A stretch of DNA of 22,079 nt from Halodesulfurarchaeum sp. Lineage in GTDB: Archaea > Halobacteriota > Halobacteria > Halobacteriales > Halobacteriaceae. Under the pieces are notes generated by a model. It saw only the letters and a program-made list of their open reading frames with translations. It did no database searches and was not told where the DNA came from. Positions 8,666 to 16,752 of this stretch are shown here, in pieces; the stretch's first letter is position 1; each line of letters begins with the position of its first letter. Both the position numbers and the translations under genes were made by a program. Location of the stretch: NCBI GenBank assembly GCA_042216015.1, contig JBDGUI010000027.1:1-22079 (forward strand), in the 5' to 3' direction.

Positions 8666-9331
8666 GTGCTTCGCACTGCCTTCTACGGATCGTCGTACGT
8701 CGGGGTCTACGGCACCGGTGCAGACGGGTACCTCGTCGTCCGCCCGGACCTCGAGGAGGAAACCCTTGCGGCGATCGAAGCGGAGTTCGACGTGCCGGTC
8801 GTCGAAACTACCATCGACGGCTCCAATACCGTCGGGGCTCTCCTCGTGGCGAACGGCAACGGAATCATCGTGAGCGAGCGCACGGCAGCCCACGAACGGG
8901 AGAAGTTGGAATCCGTGGCCGACGTTCCGGTCGCGTCGCTGCCTGGACGGATCAACGCCGCTGGAAACGTGATTCTCGCCAACGATCACGGCGCCTATCT
9001 GCATCCCGACCTCCCGGAGCCCGCCGCGTCGGTCGTCGAGGAGACCCTCGACGTTCCAGTCGAATGGGGCCGGCTCGGCGGCGTCGGAACCGTCGGTTCG
9101 GCCGCCGTCGCGACCAATCGTGGGATTCTGTGTCATCCACAGGCCACCGACGAGGAGCTCGACGCCGTCGAGGTGGCCCTGTCGGCACCGGCGGACGTCG
9201 GGACGGTCAATTACGGCGGCCACTTCGTCGGGTCCGGGCTCATCGCCACGGGGACGGGCTATCTCGTTGGCGAAGACACCACGGGCCCCGAACTCGGTCG
9301 CATCGAGGACGCGCTGGGCTACCTCGAGTGA
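8666..9331 (+). CDS. eif6: Translation initiation factor 6 (aIF6)
   Basis: GSSYVGVY, NAAGNVILAND, GTVGSAAVATNRG, GTVNYG, TTGPELGRIEDALG motifs; GTG start. Confidence 0.96.
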   Translation: MLRTAFYGSSYVGVYGTGADGYLVVRPDLEEETLAAIEAEFDVPVVETTIDGSNTVGALLVANGNGIIVSERTAAHEREKLESVADVPVASLPGRINAAGNVILANDHGAYLHPDLPEPAASVVEETLDVPVEWGRLGGVGTVGSAAVATNRGILCHPQATDEELDAVEVALSAPADVGTVNYGGHFVGSGLIATGTGYLVGEDTTGPELGRIEDALGYLE

Positions 9332-9386
9332 GTGTTCGCGGTTCCGAGTAGGAAGATACTTCCCTCCAAGAAACCCGTTTTTGACC

Positions 9387-9830
9387 ATGAGCATAGGAGG
9401 AGGCGGCGGTCAGCTTCAGGCGCTCCAGCAGGAGATGGAGGCAATCGCGGAGCGACGAGAAGAACTCGAGGCGGAGATCGAATCGCTCGAGGCGGAAAAA
9501 CACGAGATCGGCGAGGCCATCGAGGGACTCGACGTGCTCGAAAGCGGCCAGACCGTGCACGTCCCCCTCGGCGGAGACGCCTTCGTTCGGGCGACGATCG
9601 AGGACGCAGAGGAGATCGTGGTCAGTCTCGGCGCGAACTTCGCCGCGACCGAAAATCGCGAGCAGGCGAGTGAGACCCTCGAAACGAAAAAGGAGCGCCT
9701 CGACGAGCGAATCGAGGAACTCCGCGAGGAGGAATCCGAACTCGACGAGCAGGAATCGCGGCTGGAGCAGGAGGCCCAGCAGGCCCAACAGCAGATGCTT
9801 CAGCAGCAGGCCCAGCAGCAGGGCGAGTAA
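9387..9830 (+). CDS. pfdA: Prefoldin subunit alpha
   Basis: Coiled-coil ends flanking VHVPLGGDAFVRA...IVVSLGANFA beta hairpins; Gly-rich start and Gln-rich tail; ATG 9387. Confidence 0.94.
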   Translation: MSIGGGGGQLQALQQEMEAIAERREELEAEIESLEAEKHEIGEAIEGLDVLESGQTVHVPLGGDAFVRATIEDAEEIVVSLGANFAATENREQASETLETKKERLDERIEELREEESELDEQESRLEQEAQQAQQQMLQQQAQQQGE

Positions 9831-9833
9831 GGG

Positions 9834-10898
9834 ATGTTCGAGGGGTTGAAGGAGAAGCTGGGGCAGTTCCGCGAGGACGCAGCCGACGTGGCCGAAGAAA
9901 AGGCGACCCCAGCCGAGGAGATCCAGCCCGAATCCGAGGAGGCCCCCGACGATTCTACCGCGGCAACCGAATCGGAAGCCGCCGCCACGACCGAGTCGGA
10001 GGTGAGCGCCAACGCGTCCTTCACCGACCGGGCCAAATCCCTGGCGAAGGGACGGGTCATCCTCGACGCCGACGACCTCGAGGGACCGCTCTGGGACCTC
10101 GAGATGGCGCTGCTCGAAAACGACGTCGAGATGGGCGTCGCCGAGGAAATCCTCGACGGCATCGAGGCCGAACTCGTCGGCGAACGGAAGACGATCACCG
10201 AGAGCACCGGGGCACTCATCGAGTCGGCGCTCCACGACGCCCTCCTCGACGTCGTCTCGGTCGGGCAGTTCGACTTCCTCGAGCGGGTCGCCGCCACGGA
10301 GCGGCCGGTCGTCATCATCTTCACCGGCGTCAACGGGGTCGGGAAGACGACGACGATCGCCAAGCTTTCGACCTCTCTCGAAGAACACGGGTTCTCATCG
10401 GTGCTCGCGAATGGCGACACCTACCGCGCCGGGGCGAACGAACAGATCGAGGAACACGCCGAGCGGATCGACGCGCCGCTCATCAGCCACGAGCAGGGTG
10501 GTGACCCGGCCGCGGTGATCTACGACGCCGTCGAATACGCCAAGGCCCACGAGATCGACGTCGTGCTCGGGGACACGGCGGGTCGGCTCCACACGAGCGA
10601 CGGCCTGATGAACCAGCTCGCGAAGATCGACCGCGTCGTCGAGCCGGATCTGACGCTCTTCGTGGACGAAGCCGTCGCAGGCCAGGATGCAGTCAATCGA
10701 GCCCGGGAGTTCAACGAGGCCGCGAACATCGACGGGACGGTGCTCACGAAGGCCGACGCAGACACCCACGGCGGCGCGGCCATCTCGATTGCCAGCGTCA
10801 CCGGCGCCCCGATCCTCTTTCTCGGCACGGGCCAGGGCTACGACGACCTGGAGCCATTCGACCCCGAGGGGTTCGTCGAATCGCTGCTGGAGGAGTGA
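9834..10898 (+). CDS. ftsY: Signal recognition particle receptor FtsY
   Basis: Acidic N-terminal region; GVNGVGKTTTIAKL, DTYRAGA, DTAGR, TKADAD, GTGQGYDDL motifs. Confidence 0.96.
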   Translation: MFEGLKEKLGQFREDAADVAEEKATPAEEIQPESEEAPDDSTAATESEAAATTESEVSANASFTDRAKSLAKGRVILDADDLEGPLWDLEMALLENDVEMGVAEEILDGIEAELVGERKTITESTGALIESALHDALLDVVSVGQFDFLERVAATERPVVIIFTGVNGVGKTTTIAKLSTSLEEHGFSSVLANGDTYRAGANEQIEEHAERIDAPLISHEQGGDPAAVIYDAVEYAKAHEIDVVLGDTAGRLHTSDGLMNQLAKIDRVVEPDLTLFVDEAVAGQDAVNRAREFNEAANIDGTVLTKADADTHGGAAISIASVTGAPILFLGTGQGYDDLEPFDPEGFVESLLEE

Positions 10899-10946
10899 AC
10901 CCGTTCGGGCCGAAGGGCTTTCCTCCCCGCCCACGAGGGACCGAGT

Positions 10947-11177
10947 ATGGCCGAGGATTACGACGAGCTCGTCAGCTACCTCACCCCGCGCGGAGAGACC
11001 GATTCGATGAAACGCTACCAGAACACCACCGCAATCCCGTGTCCGGTCTGCGAGGAAGCTTTCGCGGACCTGGTCGTCGTGACCGGCGAGACCACGAGCC
11101 TGGAGCTGTCCGAGCCACTGGATCTCTGTGTCACGACGACCTCGGAAGGGCAGCCGATGATCTTCACTCACTCCTAA
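10947..11177 (+). CDS. Small hypothetical protein with CPxC motif (possible metal binding)
   Basis: 76 aa, acidic, host-like codons; IPCPVCEE...DLCV...FTH. Confidence 0.75.
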   Translation: MAEDYDELVSYLTPRGETDSMKRYQNTTAIPCPVCEEAFADLVVVTGETTSLELSEPLDLCVTTTSEGQPMIFTHS

Positions 11178-11430
11178 CGGGTGGGCTGGGTTCGTGGGCC
11201 GGGCGGCGTAATGAACGTTGCACGGCAATGGGGCGGACAGGTGGCACGCATCCGTCCCGGAACGGTGTGCCACACACCCGCCTCGGTCGTTCCGGGTTCG
11301 CTATCGAGGGACGGGCGACGCTGGACCGGTCATCTGATTTAAAGCTACGCTCCCCCCGTCGCGAGGAGCCGTCTCTCGGAGTCATGAGCGGTCTCCCATC
11401 GGTCGGGGTCGCGTCGAAAAATCGCTCGAG

Positions 11431-11919
11431 CTACCCCTCGAAGTCTCCGTCCGGAGTTCCCGCGGCAACGATGGCAAGGTCGCGCTTCGTGCTGTCCCGG
11501 TCGTAGGCCCAGACGTTCGCGGGCTTCCAGGGTGGAACGGCCACAACGACGGTCGCGTGCAGATCGTCCCGAACGGTGAGTTCGGGGTTCCCGTCCGGGT
11601 GGGAGAGAAACCGGCCATGAGACTGCCCGGCCGGGGTGCCGAGATCCACGCCGAAGACGAAGTCGAGGGCGTTTCCCACGTCCGGAAAGTAGAAATCGGA
11701 GAAGACGGGGGTATCGGGATCGACGTCGACCAAGGGATGAGGAATCGGACCCCGGGACCGATCGAATTCAGAAGTCTGGACCACCTCCGGACGTGCTTCG
11801 AGGTCGCCCGCCGCGCTCGCCACCAGAGAGACGTTTGCCGGGGTGGGCTCGGCGTCGGCCGCGATCTCCAACAGCACGGAAAGGAGTGGGCGGGTGATGT
11901 AAAGCGGCGTCCGTGACAC
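11431..11919 (-). CDS. Hypothetical protein, degenerate MPN/JAMM-like fold
   Basis: GTG start 11919 ([25 protein letters not shown]); [17 protein letters not shown] and VVAVPPW...WAYDRD resemble archaeal JAMM proteins. Confidence 0.7.
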   Translation of the reverse strand: MSRTPLYITRPLLSVLLEIAADAEPTPANVSLVASAAGDLEARPEVVQTSEFDRSRGPIPHPLVDVDPDTPVFSDFYFPDVGNALDFVFGVDLGTPAGQSHGRFLSHPDGNPELTVRDDLHATVVVAVPPWKPANVWAYDRDSTKRDLAIVAAGTPDGDFEG

Positions 11920-12036
11920 GGATGGGCTTCGAGAGCGGACGGGATAAATCGGTGGTTCCCGGCCGGATCGGACGGCGAACTGTCGGGCCACACGGTTAGA
12001 CATTTACCGCTCGACCGGCCTACTACAGGTAACACG

Positions 12037-13425
12037 ATGGTACTCGAGGATCTGGGGAGTTCGCTGCGGTCGACGCTCGAGGACCTCCGGGGCAAATCCC
12101 GCATCAGCGAGGAGGACGTCTCGGAGGTCGTCACGGAGATCCAGCGTTCGCTCCTGCAAGCCGACGTGGACACCGGGCTGGTGATGGACCTCTCCGATTC
12201 CATCCGCGAGCGGGCGCTCGACGAGGAGCCCCCGGCCGGGACCACCGCCCGCGATCACGTCCTTCGGATCGTCTACGAGGAGCTGGTCGACCTGGTCGGC
12301 GAATCGACGGACATCCCACTCGAATCCCAGACCATCCTCCTCGCCGGACTCCAGGGCTCGGGGAAGACGACGACCGCGGCCAAGATGGCGTGGTGGTTCT
12401 CGAAGAAGGGGCTCCGACCGGCGGTCATCCAGACCGACACCTTCCGTCCCGGCGCCTACGATCAGGGCAAGGAGATGGCCGAGCGCGCCGAGGTCGACTT
12501 CTACGGCGACCCGGAAAGCGACGATCCGGTCCGGATCGCGAAAGACGGGCTCGAGGCGACCGCCGAGGCCGACGTTCACATCGTCGACACGGCCGGTCGC
12601 CACGCCCTCGAGGAGGGACTGATCGACGAGATCGAGGCGATCGCCGAGGCCGTCGAGCCCGACCGCAACCTGCTCGTGCTCGACGCGGCCATCGGACAGG
12701 GGGCAAAGGAGCAGGCCACCCGGTTCGACGAGGCCATCGGCATCGATGGGGTCGCCATCGCCAAACTCGACGGCACGGCCAAGGGTGGTGGGGCCCTGAC
12801 GGCGGTCAACGAAACCGACTCGACGATCGCCTTCCTCGGGACCGGCGAGACGGTCAAGGACGTAGAGCGCTTCGAGCCGTCGGGCTTCATCTCCCGGCTG
12901 CTGGGGATGGGCGATCTCAAGCAGCTGACCGAGCGCGTCGAGCGCGCCATGGAGGAGACCGAGGCCGAGGAGGGCGACTGGGACCCCGAGGACATGCTCG
13001 AGGGGGAGTTCACCCTGAAGGACATGCGCCACCAGATGAAGGCCCTCGACCGTATGGGCCCGCTCTCGCAGGTCCTCGACATGGTCCCGGGACTCGGCGG
13101 CGGAATGATGGACCAGCTGCCCGACGAGGCCATGGACATGACCCAGGAGCGCATGCGCACCTTCGAGGTCCTCATGGACTCGATGACCGAGGACGAACTC
13201 GAGAACCCCCGCTCGATCGGGGCGAGCCGGATGAAGCGGATCGCGGCGGGAAGCGGCACCGAGGTCGACGACGTCCGGGAGCTCCTCGAGCAGTACCGGA
13301 TGATGGCCCGTGCCCTGAAGCAGTTCCAGGGCATGGGCGAGGCGGACATGGAGCGGATGATGAAGCAGATGCAGCAGGGCGGCGGCCCCGGCGGCGATCT
13401 GGGCGGCATGGGCCCGATGGGATAG
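12037..13425 (+). CDS. srp54: Signal recognition particle protein SRP54
   Basis: [45 protein letters not shown] and Met-rich M domain. Confidence 0.97.
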   Translation: MVLEDLGSSLRSTLEDLRGKSRISEEDVSEVVTEIQRSLLQADVDTGLVMDLSDSIRERALDEEPPAGTTARDHVLRIVYEELVDLVGESTDIPLESQTILLAGLQGSGKTTTAAKMAWWFSKKGLRPAVIQTDTFRPGAYDQGKEMAERAEVDFYGDPESDDPVRIAKDGLEATAEADVHIVDTAGRHALEEGLIDEIEAIAEAVEPDRNLLVLDAAIGQGAKEQATRFDEAIGIDGVAIAKLDGTAKGGGALTAVNETDSTIAFLGTGETVKDVERFEPSGFISRLLGMGDLKQLTERVERAMEETEAEEGDWDPEDMLEGEFTLKDMRHQMKALDRMGPLSQVLDMVPGLGGGMMDQLPDEAMDMTQERMRTFEVLMDSMTEDELENPRSIGASRMKRIAAGSGTEVDDVRELLEQYRMMARALKQFQGMGEADMERMMKQMQQGGGPGGDLGGMGPMG

Positions 13426-13512
13426 ACCCGTGCGAGAGTCGGGAACCCGCGATCGAATTCGAACGCTGGCTCGGACGGACCCTTTTTGACCGCTCCGGTC
13501 GACGTACCCACG

Positions 13513-14085
13513 ATGACAGTCGTCTCGCTGGCACGGCGTGCGTACCGCGAGGCACTGGGGCCGCTGCTCGTGAGTGCCGCCGGCGGCCTCTTCGCTGGAC
13601 TCGTGCTGGCCGGGATGGAGGCCGATCTCGAGCGGATCCGGGGGCTGCTCGTGCTCGTTCCGGCGCTCCTGGCCACCCGTGGAAATGTCTTCGGGGCGTA
13701 CGCCGCCCGGATCGCCTCGGGACTCCACAAGGGGCTCGTAAGCCCCGAGTTTCAGGTGGACGACCAGCGGCTTCGGGCCGCCACCGCGGCGGCCACCTCG
13801 AACAACCTCCTCGCAAGCGGGTTCGCGGCCGTGCTCACCGTGGCCGCACTGCTCGCGCTGGGCCAATCCTCGGCACCGCTCTGGGTGCTCCTCGCGATCG
13901 CGCTCATCGCGGCCTTCCTCTCGGGAATCGCCCTCGTGATCGTCGTCATCGGGGCGATGTTTCTCGGCTTTCGCCACGGGATCGACCCGGACACGCTCGT
14001 CGGTCCACTCGTCACGACCACGGGGGACGTCGTCGGCATCGCCTTCCTGCTGCTCGCGGTCAGGCTCGTCGCGGGGGGGATCTGA
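13513..14085 (+). CDS. MgtE-family magnesium transporter, membrane domain (copy 1)
   Basis: VPALLATRGNVFG and GIDPDTLVGPLVTTTGDVVG MgtE integral-membrane motifs. Confidence 0.85.
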   Translation: MTVVSLARRAYREALGPLLVSAAGGLFAGLVLAGMEADLERIRGLLVLVPALLATRGNVFGAYAARIASGLHKGLVSPEFQVDDQRLRAATAAATSNNLLASGFAAVLTVAALLALGQSSAPLWVLLAIALIAAFLSGIALVIVVIGAMFLGFRHGIDPDTLVGPLVTTTGDVVGIAFLLLAVRLVAGGI

Positions 14086-14655
14086 ATGCACGTGCCCCCG
14101 AGGGAATACTGGTCCTTCCGCGCGATCTCCCGGGCGACGCTCCCCACCCTCATGTTGCTCACCGCGGTCGCGGTCGGCTCGGGGCTGATCCTCGGCTCCT
14201 TCGAGGCGGTACTGTACCGGTACCCATCGCTCTTGATCCTCGTGCCGGTCACCATCGGGACCGCCGGGAACCTCGGCAGTCTGCTCGCCTCCCGGCTCTC
14301 GACGGCGTTCCACCTCGGCACTCTCTCCTTCCATCCGGCGGACGAGCAGCTCGGGGGCCATTCCCTCGCAACCGTGGCACTCGCCCTCACGCTCTTTCCC
14401 CTCGTGGGAGCGGGGGCGTGGCTCCTCGCCCTCCTGACCGGGCGGGTCGTCCTCCCGCTCTGGCGCGTCCTCGCGATCGCGACGGTGAGCGGCGGTGGGC
14501 TCGCTCTCGTGGCCATCCTCGCGACCGTCCTCACGACCTACGGCGCCTACCGGACCGGGCTCGATCCCGACGACGTGGTGATTCCCGTCGTGACCGTGAC
14601 CGCCGACGTGTTCGGCGTGATCACGCTCTTCGGGGCCGTCGTGCTGTTCACCTGA
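14086..14655 (+). CDS. MgtE-family magnesium transporter, membrane domain (copy 2)
   Basis: VPVTIGTAGNLGS and GLDPDDVVIPVVTVTADVFG motifs; abuts previous gene. Confidence 0.85.
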   Translation: MHVPPREYWSFRAISRATLPTLMLLTAVAVGSGLILGSFEAVLYRYPSLLILVPVTIGTAGNLGSLLASRLSTAFHLGTLSFHPADEQLGGHSLATVALALTLFPLVGAGAWLLALLTGRVVLPLWRVLAIATVSGGGLALVAILATVLTTYGAYRTGLDPDDVVIPVVTVTADVFGVITLFGAVVLFT

Positions 14656-14672
14656 GCCGGATCAGGGACCCC

Positions 14673-15638
14673 CTACTCGGATGGTTCTGGTGGCGTGCCG
14701 TCCTCGGTCGCCGGCGCGAGATAGTCGATGAATTCCTCGACCCCGGGCTCGTGGACGGTCACCGCGACCTCGATGGCCCCCAGCTCGTCGGGCGCGCCCA
14801 CCGAGAAATTGATCACGTCCTCCAGTGCGGCCTGCTTTTTCAACTCGAAGGCGAAGCCGCGGGGTCCAGCCCGGTCGAAAAACACGTCCCGCGCGGTGTC
14901 GAGGATCCGCTGCTCGAAGAGCCGCTTGCGGAAGTGGCCCAGGTCATGGGTCGTCGCGACCACCCGGTCCTCGCGGATGTCGACTTCGCTCTCGGGGAAG
15001 AGGGTTCGAATCGCCTCGGCCACTCGCTCTGCCACCTCCGTCTCCTTCACCGGTGCTTCGACCCTCGCCTCGACCCGACGCACAGGCCCGTCGATGACCC
15101 CACCCAGCAGGTCGCTCACCGCCTCGCGGTAGGCCTCGAGGGAGGAAGCGTTCACGATCTCCCGGTCGGCGTCGGCCATCGCCTCGCGGAGCCCGAACCC
15201 GAGTTCGCGCTCGTCGCGGTCGGCGAGGGTTTCACCGCCCGCCTCCGCGCTCGAGTCGCGATTTCGCACCTCGAGGCGCTCGGCCCGGAGTTCGTCGGGC
15301 GCGGTGATCGCCACGAGCGTGAACTCGTCGCCGAAGGCCTCCTCGAAGCGTTCGACCTCGGCCCCGGAGCGGATCCCGTCCACCACCACCGCGTCGGAAT
15401 CGGCAAGCGCCTCCCGAATCGCCGGCAGCGCGCGGTCGGCGATGGCTGCGAGGCCCTCCTCCTCGCGGAGGTCCTGGGCCACCCGGCCGTGGTCGGCGGC
15501 GGGGTCGAGACCGCGGGCCTCGGTCTCCTGACGGACGATGTCTCCCATCGTGACGACGGGGAGGCCGAGTTCGCGGGCCACCGTCGCGGCCTCGCTCTTG
15601 CCGCTGCCCGGGAGGCCGACGATGCCGATGACAGTCAT
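14673..15638 (-). CDS. Fused P-loop kinase (UPF0200, dephospho-CoA-kinase-like) and DUF54/UPF0201 putative RNA-binding protein
   Basis: N-half: VGLPGSGKS, TMGDIVR, VDGIRS, DRDERE; C-half: VEAPVKETEV..RVAEAI, QRILDTAR, LKKQAA; no stop codon between them. Confidence 0.8.
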   Translation of the reverse strand: MTVIGIVGLPGSGKSEAATVARELGLPVVTMGDIVRQETEARGLDPAADHGRVAQDLREEEGLAAIADRALPAIREALADSDAVVVDGIRSGAEVERFEEAFGDEFTLVAITAPDELRAERLEVRNRDSSAEAGGETLADRDERELGFGLREAMADADREIVNASSLEAYREAVSDLLGGVIDGPVRRVEARVEAPVKETEVAERVAEAIRTLFPESEVDIREDRVVATTHDLGHFRKRLFEQRILDTARDVFFDRAGPRGFAFELKKQAALEDVINFSVGAPDELGAIEVAVTVHEPGVEEFIDYLAPATEDGTPPEPSE

Positions 15639-15751
15639 TGGGGGTGTCTATCGGCCCGGCGGTCTTTTCGGTTCCGTTCTCGGGTCGAAGTGAATCGGGC
15701 CGCGGAGCCGAGTGTAACACATAAGACGGCGGGAGCCAAACTCGGGGCCGA

Positions 15752-15856
15752 GGGCACGTAGCTCAGTCCGGACAGAGCGTCGGACTTCTATCCCGCACAG
15801 CGTTGCTGTGTGGGGAAGACATCCGACGGTCGCGGGTTCGAATCCCGTCGTGCCCG
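15752..15856 (+). tRNA. tRNA-Arg(UCU) with 30-nt intron (15791-15820)
   Basis: Acceptor GGGCACG/CGTGCCC plus G discriminator; D arm GCTC...GAGC; anticodon stem TCGGA/TCCGA with TCT at 15787-15789; T loop GGTTCGAATCC; mature length 75 nt without CCA. Confidence 0.95.
15791..15820 (+). other. Archaeal tRNA intron with bulge-helix-bulge motif
   Basis: CTTC/GAAG central helix, bulges TA|T and AC|A, intron stem CCCGCACAGC/GCTGTGTGGG; canonical 37/38 position. Confidence 0.9.
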
Positions 15857-15908
15857 CTTTTCTGAGGAACGAACGTGACGAAGAAAGCGGCCCACGGGAT
15901 TCGAACCC
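15834..15908. repeat. Inverted repeat of tRNA 3' end (T arm to trailer)
   Basis: GGGTTCGAATCCCGTCGTGCCCGCTTTTCT (15834-15863) vs reverse complement of 15882-15908, GGGTTCGAATCCCGTGGGCCGCTTTCT. Confidence 0.8.
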
Positions 15909-15971
15909 TGGAAGAAGAGCGACCGGAGGGAGCGAATCTTCCGCTGGTGTGGATCGCCGGCGAGGCCCGGA

Positions 15972-16121
15972 TTAAAACAACCCGGACACGTCCGGGAAGT
16001 CACCGCCACAGTACGGACACCGGTAGGTCGTCTCGAACTCCTCCCGCCTTGCGATCGTCCGGGTCTCGAGTTCGTGCATCGCGATTCGGCGATCGCACTC
16101 GGGGCACTCGATATCGGGCAC
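15972..16121 (-). CDS. Small CPxCG-related zinc-finger protein (49 aa)
   Basis: Hand-translated: MPDIECPECDRRIAMHELETRTIARREEFETTYRCPYCGGDFPDVSGLF; two CPxC knuckles; GTG start with CTTTGT promoter-like element about 25 nt upstream. Confidence 0.85.
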   Translation of the reverse strand: MPDIECPECDRRIAMHELETRTIARREEFETTYRCPYCGGDFPDVSGLF

Positions 16122-16166
16122 GACGTGGACTACGGGCCGGAGCCACACAAAGGTTGGTAAGTGGGC

Positions 16167-16631
16167 CTACCGGCGGTCGACGGCGAACGAAAGCGGCGTG
16201 GAATTCGCGATATTATCGCTAACCGGGCACCGCTCCTCGACTATCTCCAACCAGGTCTCGAGTTGCTCCTCGGACGCCGTCGAGTCGACGACGAGTGACA
16301 CCGCAACCTCCTGATAACCGGGTCGGGGCTCCTCGGCCGCTCCGAGGAACTTTCGCGGATCGAGGTCACCCTCGATGTCGATCCCGATGGTCCGAATCTC
16401 GAGATCCAGCTCCTCGGCCACCGTGTGCCCGACGACGTTCAGGCACCCGGCAAGTGCCCCGAGGAGGTACTCGACCGGCGTGGGGCCGGCATTCGTGCCC
16501 CCAATCTCGGTCGGTTCGTCGATACCGAACGTGAAATCCCGGGCTTCGACGACCGTGTGCGTCTCGGTTCGGCTCTCTGCGCTGATCGAGTGGGTTTCGG
16601 TCTCCTCGGTCCCGGTTACTGACGGTGACAT
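16167..16631 (-). CDS. OsmC/Ohr family protein
   Basis: IDEPTEIGGTNAGPTPVEYLLGALAGC and ERCPVSDNI motifs (two Cys). Confidence 0.92.
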   Translation of the reverse strand: MSPSVTGTEETETHSISAESRTETHTVVEARDFTFGIDEPTEIGGTNAGPTPVEYLLGALAGCLNVVGHTVAEELDLEIRTIGIDIEGDLDPRKFLGAAEEPRPGYQEVAVSLVVDSTASEEQLETWLEIVEERCPVSDNIANSTPLSFAVDRR

Positions 16632-16752
16632 ACTCAGTAATAATTTCGTCTGTGTTTATACCTATTGGTTATACAGTGGGCAACGGGATCTTGTGTCGTG
16701 ACAGGTGGCTTCGATCGTCACCGGTTTATCGCCCGGCAACTCACTTTTTCAC

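Noticed and set aside
9763..9820. CAG-rich run at the end of pfdA
   Set aside because: Encodes the Gln-rich tail commonly seen in haloarchaeal prefoldin alpha; not a separate element
11178..11430. SRP (7S) RNA between ftsY and srp54
   Set aside because: No helix-8 signature (CAGG..GNRA..AGCAG) on either strand, and the gap is shorter than a typical archaeal SRP RNA
12004..14361. 785-aa - strand ORF (and similar antisense ORFs such as 639-2399, 2926-4317 and 18916-20649)
   Set aside because: Antisense shadows of well-supported genes with no recognisable motifs
12390..15761. 1123-aa + strand ORF
   Set aside because: Arg/Gly/Pro-rich alternative-frame read-through overlapping srp54, both MgtE genes and the kinase gene; a typical high-GC shadow ORF
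15882..15960. Second tRNA on the - strand
   Set aside because: Only the T-arm/acceptor-like 3' part matches; no D arm or anticodon arm could be built
15857..16700. Integrative element inserted at tRNA-Arg
   Set aside because: No integrase and no direct repeat of the tRNA 3' end in the window; the copy present is inverted
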